A model generated the notes under the pieces. That model did no database searches. It was not told where the DNA came from and saw only the letters and a list, made by a program, of their open reading frames with translations. A DNA stretch of 49,743 nucleotides from Macrostomum lignano (taxonomy: Eukaryota). Position 1 is the first letter of the stretch; every line of letters starts with the position of its first letter. A program made the position numbers and the translations under genes. The stretch covers positions 1-49,743 of the forward strand of contig NIVC01002028.1 in assembly GCA_002269645.1 (NCBI GenBank), read 5' to 3'. Below, in pieces: positions 23,386 through 36,631 of this stretch.

Positions 23386-23494
23386 AAAACACTGTGATAT
23401 CAATAAATATTATAGCATTTTTCAAGCCAATTGAGCCTAGGAGCAAGCAATTTAATCCTTAGTGGGAAAATCAATCTATTGAAGAATTGCTTTT

Positions 23495-23948
23495 CATTGT
23501 CTTTGGCCCGAAAGGGGGGTCTAAATGGAGCAACCAATTTGAGAATTTGGGCGCGCTATTAATCCTTTCCACAGTTGTGCAAGCCTTAGACCATAGAAAA
23601 TAACAGATTTCATTACACAAACATGGATATGGCAAACGAAGAATTTAGCGAGCAGAGCAGTGACGAAAGTTTAACTACAGCCCAAGATGCAGTGGATAAG
23701 CATCGTGAGAGACACGATTGTTCTCGGCTTATATTGTATGCCATTGTTTTGCCTTTGCCTGTTTTGATTGGTTTCTCTGAAATCAAAGTGTTAATGTCAG
23801 TAGTTTTTTTATATGCCATCTATTTGCAGACGTTGTTTCAGTGAAGTTATTCGTGAAGGATATACGAGCACTGTGAAATGGATTCATTGCGCGCCCAGAT
23901 TCTCAGATTGGTTGCTCCATAGACCCCCCTTTTGGGCCATAGACAATG
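23495..23948. mobile_element. Foldback/MITE-like element with ~80-bp imperfect terminal inverted repeats
   Basis: 23495-23575 (CATTGTCTTTGGCCCGAAAGGGG...CCACAGT) is the reverse complement, with mismatches, of 23870-23948 (ACTGTGAAATGG...GGGCCATAGACAATG). No TSD found. Confidence 0.7.
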
Positions 23949-25438
23949 GATAAATAATCAGCAGTCCCAGTGCGTGACAACGATTGTCTGCCGAGCGCCG
24001 GTGGCAATTTAAGCAATTTAATCCTTATTGGGAGAATCAAGTTATTGAATATTTGTTTTTCATTGCTTTTCTGTATTTCTGTGAGGAATGTTTTGAATCC
24101 AAATTTCTATGGTAATATTCAAAAACTGGGGAATAATGATTGATCTAAAATTGTTTCTATTGTGTGCGGTGTAAGTATATGTACAATAATGTTCATTAAT
24201 GTTTCGAATTCGTCGAACTGTTGCTATTCAGTAGAAAACTTTGTTTTTCCATGGTCAAAAACACGTAGGAAGATAGTACTGCACTCATACTCGCCACTGA
24301 AAACCCTCCACGACTTTAAAAAGGATGCGCAAGAAAACGTATTTGACAAAATCTCAGCTATCCTTGAAATTGATCGAAATTGTTTTTTTCTACAGATATA
24401 GATTTAAGAACACCAGAACATTGTATAAAATTACTCTCATTTTGATAAATAACTGAAAACATTGTGCAATGACTACAATTTATTATTTAAAGCGTGCGTT
24501 AAATAAGCATTGCATAAAGTCGGAATAAAAAGTATAATAGCTACCCACGGTTTGATAAATAATGTTGAAAAATTGAATTAAATACGAAGCAGCAGTTTGA
24601 GTTTGCCAGAGACAGGACAAATAAATATTTAAAAAGCTGGTACACTTACTAAAAATAAAAAATTATGTAAAGCTTTTCAACTTGCTAGCTAATAACAGAA
24701 GCGACCTAGGTTGGAAATCCATTACTCTACTGATTGCATAAAACAGTGAGAAAGTGTATAGAAAATGTAAATAAAGCTCTAATTAACTGTCAAAACGTGT
24801 ATATAAAAATAAGTAAAAATCTACTTTTAACTAAGAAACACATTGCAGTTTAGGTACTCTAACAACTTCTCGGGAGGAATTCGGTCACACTAATCAAAGA
24901 TTGCAGTTTGTTGCAGATTTGGCTCAATAAAAGTAATAATAGATCAGTGGGGTAATCTTGAAATTTTTGCTCTACTCTTGGGTCCTAAAGCTAGGAGCAT
25001 GAAAAGCCTGGTGAAGAACGATATCCTGAAGGAATCAATGACGGTTCGAGTTTAAATGCTGAATTTTTAACAAACATCTGTGATTTTGGACGCCTCCGTT
25101 CGCATGTAGGAGCAGGGAAGCGTCTGACTCTCGCCCAGGAATTCAATTCCGTTTGCGGCGGCATTAATTTGGGACTTTTGCAGGAAAATCGTCCGGTGGG
25201 TTGACGGGCCAACTCCCAAGACACAGAGAGTGTACATGTACTTTCCTTACGATAAAAAAGTCAAGGTTAGCTCGTACTGTACACCCTATGGGCGTGTGTG
25301 CTCAGGGATCAGTGTGGAATCGACACAACTGCTTGCTAACTGCGGGCTGTCACCTTGATTTACGACAGTGCCCACTTTAAAACGCAGCAAAAATGATAGG
25401 AAGTTCACAACTAGCTGTTACTCATGGATTCTCTCTCA

Positions 25439-25750
25439 CTATTCGGCGTCAAAATACTCGATTGGCTCATCGGCAGACTTGCCCGTCTGCAGGCCACTCA
25501 GTCGGGCGGCCTCCATTGTATGCGGCAGCGGCCGGAACACGCGCAGGTGGACGAACTCCGAGTGGCCAATGCGCACCTTGGCAAAATAATTGGTGCCAGC
25601 AACTACCTGGCTGGCGATCAGAACCGGTTCGAACTGGTCCACGGATCGGCCAAGGCGAGCCTCCACGCTGGCCCGCACAGAGGCCAGTATGGCCTTCTCC
25701 ATCTCGTCAGCCTCACGAGCTGGACTGATTCCGGCACATCTGGTTGCCAT
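25439..25750 (-). CDS. CSTB: Type 1 cystatin (stefin, cystatin A/B-like), intronless, 103 aa
   Basis: N-terminal Gly (RCAGIS), QVVAG loop, TNYFAKV, HLRVF..LP and K...E(P)IEYF; no signal peptide. Confidence 0.93.
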   Translation of the reverse strand: MATRCAGISPAREADEMEKAILASVRASVEARLGRSVDQFEPVLIASQVVAGTNYFAKVRIGHSEFVHLRVFRPLPHTMEAARLSGLQTGKSADEPIEYFDAE

Positions 25751-26181
25751 GGGAACCGGGTTTGGAATAATAGCTTAGTGTTCGAGGCTACAGGACAGTA
25801 TACTGAAACACAAATAATATTCAAGTTGCGATGTGCGAAATATGGCTGATTTATATGGGGAGGGGCAAGCAAATTTTTTGTAAAAATTCCGAATATTTGA
25901 ATATTAAATAATGATACATTTACAGAGGCAGACTATAGATTTAAAGAAAATTCACAGACAAAAATGATTAAATATTAACACCTGTATGAAAAAAATACAA
26001 CGATTTAGTCAAATTTAGTTTCTATTTTGATATAAGGTCACAGTATCATCAAAAAAACACTCGTCTAAATTTTATTTTTCACACTAGCCAATTAAGTGTG
26101 TTAGCTAGTGATAAATTTTAGGTGATAAATTCATGTTAAAAATTGTTTGTTAATGCAGGACTTCATATATTTCATTGCGGT

Positions 26182-26344
26182 CAGGGGCAGATCGAAAAAG
26201 TTTCAAGGGAGGGGATAGCTAAACGGAGCACTACAGCCCAATATTGGAAAATAGACATTGCATAGTTACAGGCAAAAAAAGTATGGCTCACTTTTTTGGC
26301 CACGGCTGGGGTCCCCATGCCCCTCTCCACTGGATCCGCCCATG
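26182..26344. mobile_element. Small MITE with CAGGGGC(G/A)GATC-type TIRs
   Basis: Left end CAGGGGCAGATCGA, right end TGGATCCGCCCATG (imperfect inverted). No TSD match. Confidence 0.45.
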
Positions 26345-27237
26345 AGAGGTTATAATTACTGGCCATCAAATCAAAGAAGCATCGTAACCGTAACTATACT
26401 AGACATTGCTGATTAATTGTATGCATGTCATTTAATAACATAAAGGGTCACTTAAATTGCTGGTTTTTGCAGAATATTTTTATAATAAAAAACGAATTTT
26501 AGCTGAGAAAAGTATGAAAAGTAAAATGCATGTCAATGAAGAAAATAAAATACTAATGAGAGTCAATACTTTATAGAAGTTGAGAGCAATATAATACAAA
26601 TATAAAATACACTGATGCAAAAACAGTTGCATAAATAGCATAAATACAGCAAATACTATAATTTAAAAAAACTTTAAAAGCCTAACAGATTGGAAAACTA
26701 TCGCATTTTTAACCCCGTTATTTCTAGCGAAGTCAAAAAGCCGCCAATTATTTGCTTCATTAGCTATGCATTAAAACAAAAAGAAAAGCTATTAAATACC
26801 TTTACCCTTTTAGAACAAACTTTTTGTCACTCTCGTTTATTGAGATAAATAGTTTAATTTTTTCGTACAATAAACACTACCCTTCTCAACGTTTTTACGA
26901 TTTATCTAAACATATCGTACTAGCTAATGCTAGTCTGGTAGAATGCTTGATTTTCAAGTTCGAAATGATCTGTGATGCAGCCAGGGAGGCCCAAGCTATC
27001 GCCCTATAATTCCATATTATTATTTTCTTTTTTCTTCACTTTTTTGTAGTTGGTGCTTTCCGGAAAAATCCTTGCACCTGAATATATCTACATGTATTTT
27101 GAGATTTGAGGGGGTGTTGTAGGCTTGTCCATTCGGCAGATATCGATTTCAGACGGCTCGAACATTTTACCACCAGCCTAATAGCACAGAGGGACTTTTT
27201 ATATTCGAATGTTCAAGGAAATATCCTGTATTAATTA

Positions 27238-27297
27238 CAAGGACTTATAGACTAGCTAGTCTAGAAGAATGATTTCTAGCTAGTCTAGAAGTCCTTG
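27238..27297. mobile_element. 60-bp hairpin micro-MITE with 22-bp TIRs and 8-bp TSD ATTAATTA
   Basis: CAAGGACTTATAGACTAGCTAG ... CTAGCTAGTCTAGAAGTCCTTG (1 mismatch), flanked by ATTAATTA at 27230-27237 and 27298-27305. Confidence 0.7.
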
Positions 27298-27792
27298 ATT
27301 AATTACTCTAGGGCATTGTGAGTAGTTCATGCACATGGTACATGTACATTGTACATACACGTAGCCATGCAGCCACTGTGTAAAAATATCAACTAAAATT
27401 ATGTTTAGATACGATAGCTAGTAGCTACCAAGCTCTTTTACTATATGTGCCTGGAAAATACATAGTAAAATAAACTGGCCCGATCCTACCCGTAGCTATA
27501 GCTACCATTGTAACTGTGTGTATCAAGTCTTTGTATTCTTTCACAGAAACGCCTGACAGTATTGCCATGCATAATTATACTATTGTGGCGGCCAGTATGT
27601 ACGCGACCGGCAAGCACCAGTGCAGCCGCAATTGAAACCCCCCAACCTCTGTCTAGCTGACGTGGGGTGGGTGCACCAGATTACTCGTACATGCAGCGGG
27701 CTCGGTAAGCCGGGCCGCGGGGGTTGGCGAAGTTTGTCACGCCACCATTTCGCACCCCCCGAGGCCCCTCAATCACGCGCTGTTTGTAAATA

Positions 27793-30044
27793 TGATGTAA
27801 CCACGCTCTGGTCGCGGGATAGGGCATGGGAACTTTTTCGTAAGTGCCTCCTATCCCGTGTACCCCCCTGCACAGAGCTGTCGAGACTCGGCCAGGTCTC
27901 CGACCAGGCCTGGAGACTCCCGCTCTGCTGCACCCCCCTGCTGCCTTGGTTCCGTCTCCCTTGCCGCCACACCTGCCTTTCCGGAGCTCCCTATCCCTCT
28001 CTGTACCCCCCCCCTACCTTATCTCCCCTGCGCTCCACCCTAGTCTTCTTGCACTTTCCCTATCCCCCCTCTTTTTGTCTCCCTCTGCACTCTTTTCCTG
28101 CGCTGTCCCCTCTTTCTCTGTGTCTACTTACAGTATTTTATGTGCTCACCGCCTCCCCATCCCCTCTCAAACTCCCAAACGGTGACGCAAGTCGTGTGAC
28201 CCCTTCTTCCCCTCGGTGACTCATCGATGACTCATCCCCCCCTCTTGCGCAACCTTTTCTCACGCCATGTTCTCCTCCCCAAATTTCTCATGCGACACCC
28301 ACCCCACCTCCGCTTCTATTGTTCTCGTTTTTGCTTCTTTTGTTCTCTCGACCCCCACCAATTATCACATTTTCTCCGATTTTCTCTTTCTTTGGTTCTC
28401 GTTTTCGCACCTAATTATCACCTTTTCCCCAATGTTTACTTTTCCATTGTTCTTGATTCTCCCCAATTATCCCCGATTTCCAATTCCTTTGTTCTCGACC
28501 CCGGCCCCATTGTTCTCAATGTTTGATTGCGCAACACTTTCGCGACCTCCCGCTGCGCCAATTATCCCCCCACCCCGCCTCCGGATTGCGCAATTTCCCT
28601 ATTTCTCATGTTGCTATGCCGGTCTCATGCTTCTCATCATGACTCATTCTGACGTCATTCTGCCGGCAGCCAATCAGAGAGAGGGAGTCATGGAAACGAC
28701 CTTGGAGCGGCGGCTGGGAAGGCTATAAAAGGAAGCGATTTCGGCATGAGAATCCTCAACTTGTGCCCTCTTGGGACACTTTCTGCCTCTTGGGCCACTT
28801 TTGCCCACCTTCGGGCTCCTAGTCTTTCTTTAGACTTGCCGTCAGACTGAGCTCTGACCCATTCGTCTATAAGACGAATCCCTGCCGGTCCGCGGTCTGT
28901 TACTGCCAAGTTATCTTCAGCTCCCCAAGTGAGCTCGCCTATCGGCCAGCGGTCTGATACCGCCCAGCATCATCAGCATCGCCTGATCTACATCAGCGCC
29001 TCGTCGCTTCAGCGCATCGCCGTTTCACCGTCTGCCTGACTGCAGCCTACAGCCGCCCTCGGTCACTCCGCCTCTCTCTCTCTCTGTGCAGCTGCCGGTA
29101 AGTTCCTATTACTGATTTGTGCCCTAATTGCCTTTGCTTAGCCGGAGTTTGCCTATTTTTCCATTCTCTGATTAGAGAGCTGAGCCAGTTGTGATACCGT
29201 ACCTTTTGCTGTATTTTTACTTAATAGTGAAGCCGCCTAATTGCCTGATTATTTGCCTAAGGGCCTAATTATTAACTATTAACTAACCTCATCATTATTC
29301 ACTCTTTCACCATCATTTCACTCATGGCTTGCTAAGCCTTTCTCCCGGGGTATCAAAGCATAAGGAAGTTGGGTAAGCTAATGGCCTCTCCCCGTGCAAA
29401 GCTCGCCTGTGAGTGCGTGCTGCGGGGCCGCGTGTGCGTGCAGTAGAGGGATTAGCGAGTCTTGGCACAGAATGGCAGTAGGAAGGTTGCAACCCCATGC
29501 TGACGCGTCCCTTCGCCCTGAGCAATCTAAACTATAGACAGTACATGTTCGCCTCATACTACTCTTAGTAATCAAAGTCGCAAGTCAGCCTCGCTCACAG
29601 CCACAAAGGATCCCCTGCTGAGAAATCCTCCAGATTGAGCCCAGAGTTCCCGATCATGCCCCAAGCAGAGTCCCTGTACTCGGCTGCATGTGTCTCCCCT
29701 GTTAGCCTAAATCTCCTGGTAACCATCCCAGGCGGGGCTCTAGCCTCGAGAGGTCTGGTAGAAAGATCCAGGTGCGCCAGGTCACATAGAGTGGTGGCAG
29801 CCACTCGGTCATACTATGACCGAGTGACCAACTATTGCACCTTGGCTACAGGTGGGGTCCATGTGGGTCCTTGGCCCTCTGGTCACAAAGCGCTACCAAA
29901 GCTATCAATCATGTGGGCGGGACAGTCTGGTGCTGGAGGTCCGTCAGGTCATTGCCCGGTCATAGGCAGCCTACGGTCATTACCCCCTCTAGTCATGCGT
30001 TCGTCTCTCTACGGAGCGGACAGGCGACAAGGGCGGTTACATCA
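27793..30044 (+). mobile_element. Putative solo LTR (Gypsy-like), 2252 bp
   Basis: Termini TGATGTAACC ... GGTTACATCA (10-bp perfect inverted, TG..CA), 4-bp TSD AATA (27789-27792, 30045-30048), internal Pol II promoter, no long recognisable ORF. Confidence 0.6.
28640..28730 (+). promoter_or_regulatory. Pol II promoter: AP-1 (TGACTCA), CRE (TGACGTCA), CCAAT box, TATA box
   Basis: TGACTCA 28640-28646, TGACGTCA 28650-28657, AGCCAATCAG 28668-28677 and TATAAAA 28724-28730, in canonical order and spacing. Confidence 0.65.
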
Positions 30045-30945
30045 AATATATAATTTATATTTATTATACAAATACGCGCAAAGCAGCACAAAATCTTCGC
30101 TGCCATTCCATCTATTAAAATTAAAGCTCTTCCGCCTCACATTTATGCATAAATGCAGCAAAATTTTATTGCCAATTTTAAACATTTACGTCGTACGCAC
30201 ATATAGTGTGCTGCAATCCCAGACAGTATGCATCATAGTTTATCGGCAGCTTTTAGCTCGCATGCAATAAAAGTTTGGTATTCAACAAATTGGTGCAGTA
30301 TACATGTAGACGCCACGCACTTAGCTACTTTCCCATTGCTTCGATCGTGCCTGCACAAAAAGGTCGCAGTTGCTGTGTGCGACAGAGTGCTTGCAAAAAA
30401 AGCAAGGATGAAGGCTACATGTATATTTCCTGTAATGCTGATGTTTCCTTTCTGTCTTTCTCCGGAAAATTTGCCGCATTGCTGCGTAGAAAGCACTCTT
30501 CCAGCCTGCATCAGCACTTGCGAACAGGAACTAGAATTTTTGTTTTTTGGCTGTATATGAGTGGCAGCTGACTTGCCTTAGCTGCGGTATGGAGACCTGA
30601 ACTAGAGGAAAAAACATACGATTGTAAGGCTGCAACCTTCCCGGCGTTTAGTAGTAGCAAAACAAAAACTAAAGCTGTAACAATGGTCTACGTTCTATAG
30701 CTCTAGCTTGCGGAGTCCATCAATTTCGGTTAGCCTGATGCGAGTGAATGCTAGTGAGGAATTGGAATTCACTGGACAGTTTCAGCTGTTCCAAAACGAG
30801 CAGCGCCCCAATTGCTATTACACCCAATGTACGAGTATAATATCATGATTATTATCCAATATCAAAAATGGTCAGACTACAGAGTTGAGCAGGCATGGCA
30901 CCATAGGAACGGAAACCTTTTTAGGGTACTCCAGACTTGGCTTTA

Positions 30946-31134
30946 TTAGAGGGAATGGAAGCTGGGGCGTGGGGACAGAAGAGGCAGCTTGACACCATAC
31001 CTGCTCCTCTTAGTCGGGATGTACTGCTTGAACAGCAAGAGCCTCTTGTACAAGACCAGCGTTTCGTGGACGGAACATGCTGGCGCGACATGTAGTTGCT
31101 GCAGCTGATGCAGACACGGCTGGATTTTGGGCAA
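30946..31134 (-). pseudogene. piggyBac (PGBD4-like) transposase relic
   Basis: KIQP...CSVHETLVLYKRLLLFKQYIPTKRSRYGVKL matches the piggyBac K.RP...(S/T)VDE.LV.YKGRL.FKQYIP.KR.RYG.K block. The first catalytic Asp is replaced by His and the ORF is truncated. Confidence 0.8.
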
Positions 31135-32471
31135 GGGCCAAAATTATCAGTCAAAATATCTTCATATATTCGTTCTCAGATTCCATGGCAAAAAGGAGTA
31201 AGAAAAGGCAGCAGGCAGTGAAACAGTAAACACAAATTTAGAGTGAGAGCAGCCGGCAAAGGAAAGGGGTGCTGCGAAAAGCAACTGTAAATCAGTATAC
31301 GTCCAGAATTCGGGACAGCCGTCGGCAACAAGGGTGATGCCAAGCAAATACCAGTAGTTTTAATTAAGCGCCTTGACATATTTTAGCTTGTTACAGCCCC
31401 CCGTAGCCTATTTTAATAAGGTGGCTCATTATTGTGTTAATTAGAGTCATAGTAATTTTCTTGAGTTGCATTATATTACACTAAGTAACTATTTTTCTTA
31501 ACTAAAATCTGGTTTTGTCAAAGTAAAATTTCAGCAGCTTTAAAAAACTCGCCGTTGGTCCTTATATTCCTCAATCATATTGAAGTGCAGAATTTGCATA
31601 CAAATAACATTTACAGCTGCAAATTCTGCGCCGAGAAAAAGTGCAAACAATTGATCCAAATCAAACCATTTTGTGACGTGAAAATCTAAAGAACAATCTT
31701 TAGTACATGTCGTTCCTTTCAACGTCCTAAAATGAAAAAAATGTAAATGATGGAACCAGCGCTTCGTTCCTAATCGAGGTTTGCATATATCGTTAGCGAA
31801 GACTAACATGTACGAAGCAAAGCACTTGGTGAACTCCAGCCGGCGGAAGCAGCTGTTTGAGAGAGAGCTCAGACAGACTTTATTGATACTCGGCAGTGTA
31901 CAGCCATGTTTTTAGTACAACCAGTTGGCAGGCGGTAATCCCTGTGTCAGCGCAAACGTCATCAATTTTGGCTTTAGAAATAATTATTAGGAACGCAAAT
32001 TCATAGTCATTTGCGATGCTGAGAATTTGCGCGACTTTTAGCACTTTAGAGAAGTGCGGCCAGCTCTGTACTTTTTTATATGCACGAGCAGCAGGTGGTA
32101 GATCGATTTCTGAATATTCTCTTTTATGTCTGCCTCGGCAAGGACCAATCTAATCACAGGTCTCTGAATAATTTAGACCGCTGCTACACCCTACAGATGT
32201 ATTGAGTCATCGGATTAAGGGAAAAGATGAAAATCTTTATATGCGAGAGCATAGCGCATTCAATATTCATAATTTATAGATCTGTAGATCTGTAATAGAT
32301 CTGTTTCACAACAGCACAATATTGATGATTTTAAGAGTGTACGCTCTAAAAACTGAATAAGAAATGCAAACATCATGCTCATCGCCTATCACCAACTTTG
32401 AGTGGTCGCAAAGGAAATTGCTTCAATAATCAGTTAATTAGTGAGATAGTGCGCGCTACAAGGCTGTTCCG

Positions 32472-35083
32472 TCAGATCATTCCCGTCTGTTGCTGCAGTT
32501 GCTGTGGCACCAGCGAATTGTCAGCCACTTCAGCGCAGCCTTCCGATGCTTTGCTCACCTTTTTCCTGTGCCGCTTCAGCAAGCAAAGTTCCAGTAGTTC
32601 AACGGCAAAGGCGCAGGTCAGACCCAGAGTGAGACTGCTCAGGCCGCCAACTTGACTCATCAGCGCGCTGAAGCTCAGCGACAGCGTCTCCGTTTTCTGG
32701 ATGGTGTTCCGTGTCTGCCTCCGCACGGTGATGTATGCGAAGTCGCGACCGCTTGGCTCCAGCACTTGCGGTCCAGATATCGCCGTGAGATTTTTCGCCG
32801 TTAGGAAGTCGCGCAGCGAGTTCTTCGCCGACTGGATTGAAGCCTCAGCTTGGCGACGCTGCTCCGACGATGCGGTCAAGTCGGCCAGTCGTTCGGAGGC
32901 CTCAGCCAAATCGCGGAAACTTTTAGCCTGAAGGGCCAACCAGTGCAGTTGCCAGTCTGCCGCACGCCAGATTGTCTTGGAGGAGACCATCTCAAAGTCG
33001 TGATAGTGGCAGGGCTTAAGGCAGTGCGTGTCGCCCAGGTTTGCTCGCAAACTCGGCAGGTTGAGTGACTGCAGACAGGCCCGACTGCGCAGCACTGGCT
33101 CCACGCCACGGCGATAGTCGCCACAATACGGATGCGTTGCATTTGGTGGAGTCTCGCGCAGAAGGTCGGCAAAGTGGCAGCCGCAGGCTTTCAGCACTAT
33201 CCTGCCGAGCTCCTGGCGCAAGCAGCCCTCCTGCGAGTAGGCAAAGTCACGTCCGAGGTCCAACACGCGACGCGATAAGGCGATGGTTTCAGGCAGGCAA
33301 GCATCAGTCGGACTGCCAACCTCGATCAGGCGCACAGGTTGGTAAGCCATCTCGACCATCTTGCCCGGCGCCACGTGAATGCCTCGGTCGGTTGGTTCGG
33401 GGAAGCGATCGTGCTCCTGCAGCTGCACACGGAAGCCGCTAGCCTGCTGGAAGGCGTCCTGCACGAAGGCCTGCTCGTGTGGATCGGCTCCGTGTTGGTG
33501 GTGGCTGTCAGTGACTCTCAGCACTACCGTAAGCGAGTCGATAGTAGGAGTGGCCTGCGATGGTTTGAGTTTCAAGCGGGAATCTAGTTGCTATGGCACA
33601 AATACCCTGACTGTGCCTGCAATAAACCGTGAACAGTGGAGCTTGAGCAATCATGGCAGTTTTTTAGGTTAAATATTTTTGTTTTCAAGTTGATAAATGG
33701 GAAAAATGACCGCCCACAATACAATCACTGTCACTCTCACCAAGCTCTTCAGCGATTAAAATTGAAGGTTCCCTAAAAATTTGGACGCGTCAGAATTTAA
33801 ATCGAACACTTCCGGTCCCGCGTCACAGCAGTCAGCTGTTGCTACATCTGGGCAGCGCTAACACAGCTCTCAGCTTTGGAATAACTATGTGCTAAATACT
33901 GAAAAATTCTTAAAATACAAAATTTTCTCTTCAAACAGGTTAACAGTGTGATTACAGGACATTTTTTTTGCTTTCAATTCAAATTGAAAGTTCAAACCTG
34001 TTCGTTACGAGGGTATCTTTGGTCAGAATAATAGGTCGTCTTTCTTCCCAATTTTGTTCGTACTAGTAATGATAATAATAATTGATTTTTTTCTGCCCTA
34101 CGAAGGTAGGGCAGGGCCCCTGCCCTAATGTCCAGATGTGCAACCGACAGCTCAGCCGCAGCTATTTGCGCGGCGCATCTAAAGGCTGCGTACGGCTGTT
34201 CAGTCCAAGGACTGGGGGGTCGCCACACACCCTCAATTACCCCAGCTAATGCTGGCACCCATTTTACAGCAGGGTAAAATTGTTTAAAGTGTCTTGCTCA
34301 AGGACACAATTTTTTCGAGTGGGGTCAAGAATCGAAACCCCGACCTTTCAATCGTGAGTCCGACGCTCTAACCACTAGGCTACAACCCGCCTAAGTCTTC
34401 CCAACTCTATTTTGTACTATAGTTAAATCAATAGTTGATTCGCACACATGCAGCACGCAGCCCTGAGTCTAAGAACAGGTCGCACCTGCACTCACCTGAA
34501 CCTGGAAGCAGTTGAAGTAGTCCGGCAGGCTGATCAACTTTAGCTGCATAGCGCAGCCGTCTCCGCTGCTCATCTCCATGAACGAGCCCGTGGCATTGAT
34601 GCAGAATATAAATAGCTGCTGGGCTGTGTGGCTCAGCTTCTCTGCGTCATCCGGCTCCAGGTTCTGATAATAGACCCGCTTGGAGTCGCTGGCCAGGATC
34701 TCTTCGGCGCCAATGTGATTCCCGGCGTCGAACATCTTCAGCGCGTGGGCGCGCAGCATTCTAGAAAAATTGGTCGGCGACAGGATCTGGCCGCTCTGCC
34801 AGAGCTGGCGCCCGCTCTCTGTGAACGGATAGTGACCGCACACGGTCACCGCAGGCCAGCTCAGCCCCGGGTCGTTCAGCACAACCGTAGTCTGGATGAC
34901 CGTCCTGTAGCTCAGGTAGTCGGTAACGATAAAGCAGACGCAGGTGACTAAGAAGGCGGCCATTGCGGCCACGTAGGCGGTCCAAATGCAGCGCAACGGA
35001 CGCGTCGGCGCTTTCACAGTTTTGGCAACCCCGCGAAGCGAAGTGGCCGTGCAGAACAGCTCGAAGTCCTGGCGCAGACCCAT
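32472..35083 (-). CDS. DEG/ENaC (degenerin/ASIC/FaNaC-like) amiloride-sensitive channel subunit, 2 exons, ~568 aa
   Basis: Exon 35083-34496 (CAG|gtgag, phase 0) joins exon 33590-32472 (ccatag|CAA) in frame. Motifs: F..TSLRG (HG position), TM1, WPAVTVC, YFNCF, Cys-rich thumb (YSQEGC..C.C..C..PC) and TM2 MSQVGGLSSLTLGLTCAFAVE. Confidence 0.92.
34119..34389 (-). mobile_element. CORE-SINE family A copy in the DEG/ENaC intron
   Basis: Reverse complement of the A box/B box head plus the CORE-like GTGTCCTTGAGCAAGACACTT...CTGTAAAATGGG. Confidence 0.9.
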
Positions 35084-35829
35084 AGTGGGTCAAAGTTTTC
35101 CTGTCTTCACCCCGCCGGGACTTTGAAGTGTGATTCAGCAAAAAGATTGTAACAGAGCTGAAATATAAGCGAAGAGAGATTCTTCACACGAGGGTCACGG
35201 TGGGGCGGTCGCTCTGCTGTAGGACCAATGGCGGCTCCCTTGCGTAAAAATATCGATATAGAGGAGCATTAGCATTGGTCAGAGGAAGTGAAGGATCATC
35301 TGCTTTTTTATATACTTTAGACTTGGGCAGCGCAGCTGAGGGCAGAGGTTGATGGCAGCAATTAATTAAAGCCCAGAACCACGCTGCCACAATGTCAGTC
35401 GTGTTAGGGACCGCAAGCGTCAGCTCCCAAATAATTTATTTTAGCACTGACAAGACAGATTGCGTGCTTGAACCGCGACAACGGGGGCTGGAAGGGAGCA
35501 GAGAGTCCCAACTCTCAAACCAGCTGACCGCTTAGTCAGCCAACTACTGCAGTTGTCAGCACTAGATTGCTGGGGTAGTCGGGCTGGATAGAACTCGCAA
35601 CGAATTCTGCGAGTCTTACTCAAAAAAAGCTTCTATGTTGGCCTTAAACTTTTCTAAGATTGTTCTCGTCTCACTACTATTCGATCGCGAAGTAGCGAAC
35701 CGAGTTTCAAAATGCTCAAAACGGTAACGTTTGTTTGCCTGAGGTATTCCAAAATGTACAACTTATTTTAACGAACTGTAGTGTTACTTTACGTATTTTA
35801 AATAAGTGAAAACTTTATTTTCACCTATG

Positions 35830-36631
<802 letters not shown>

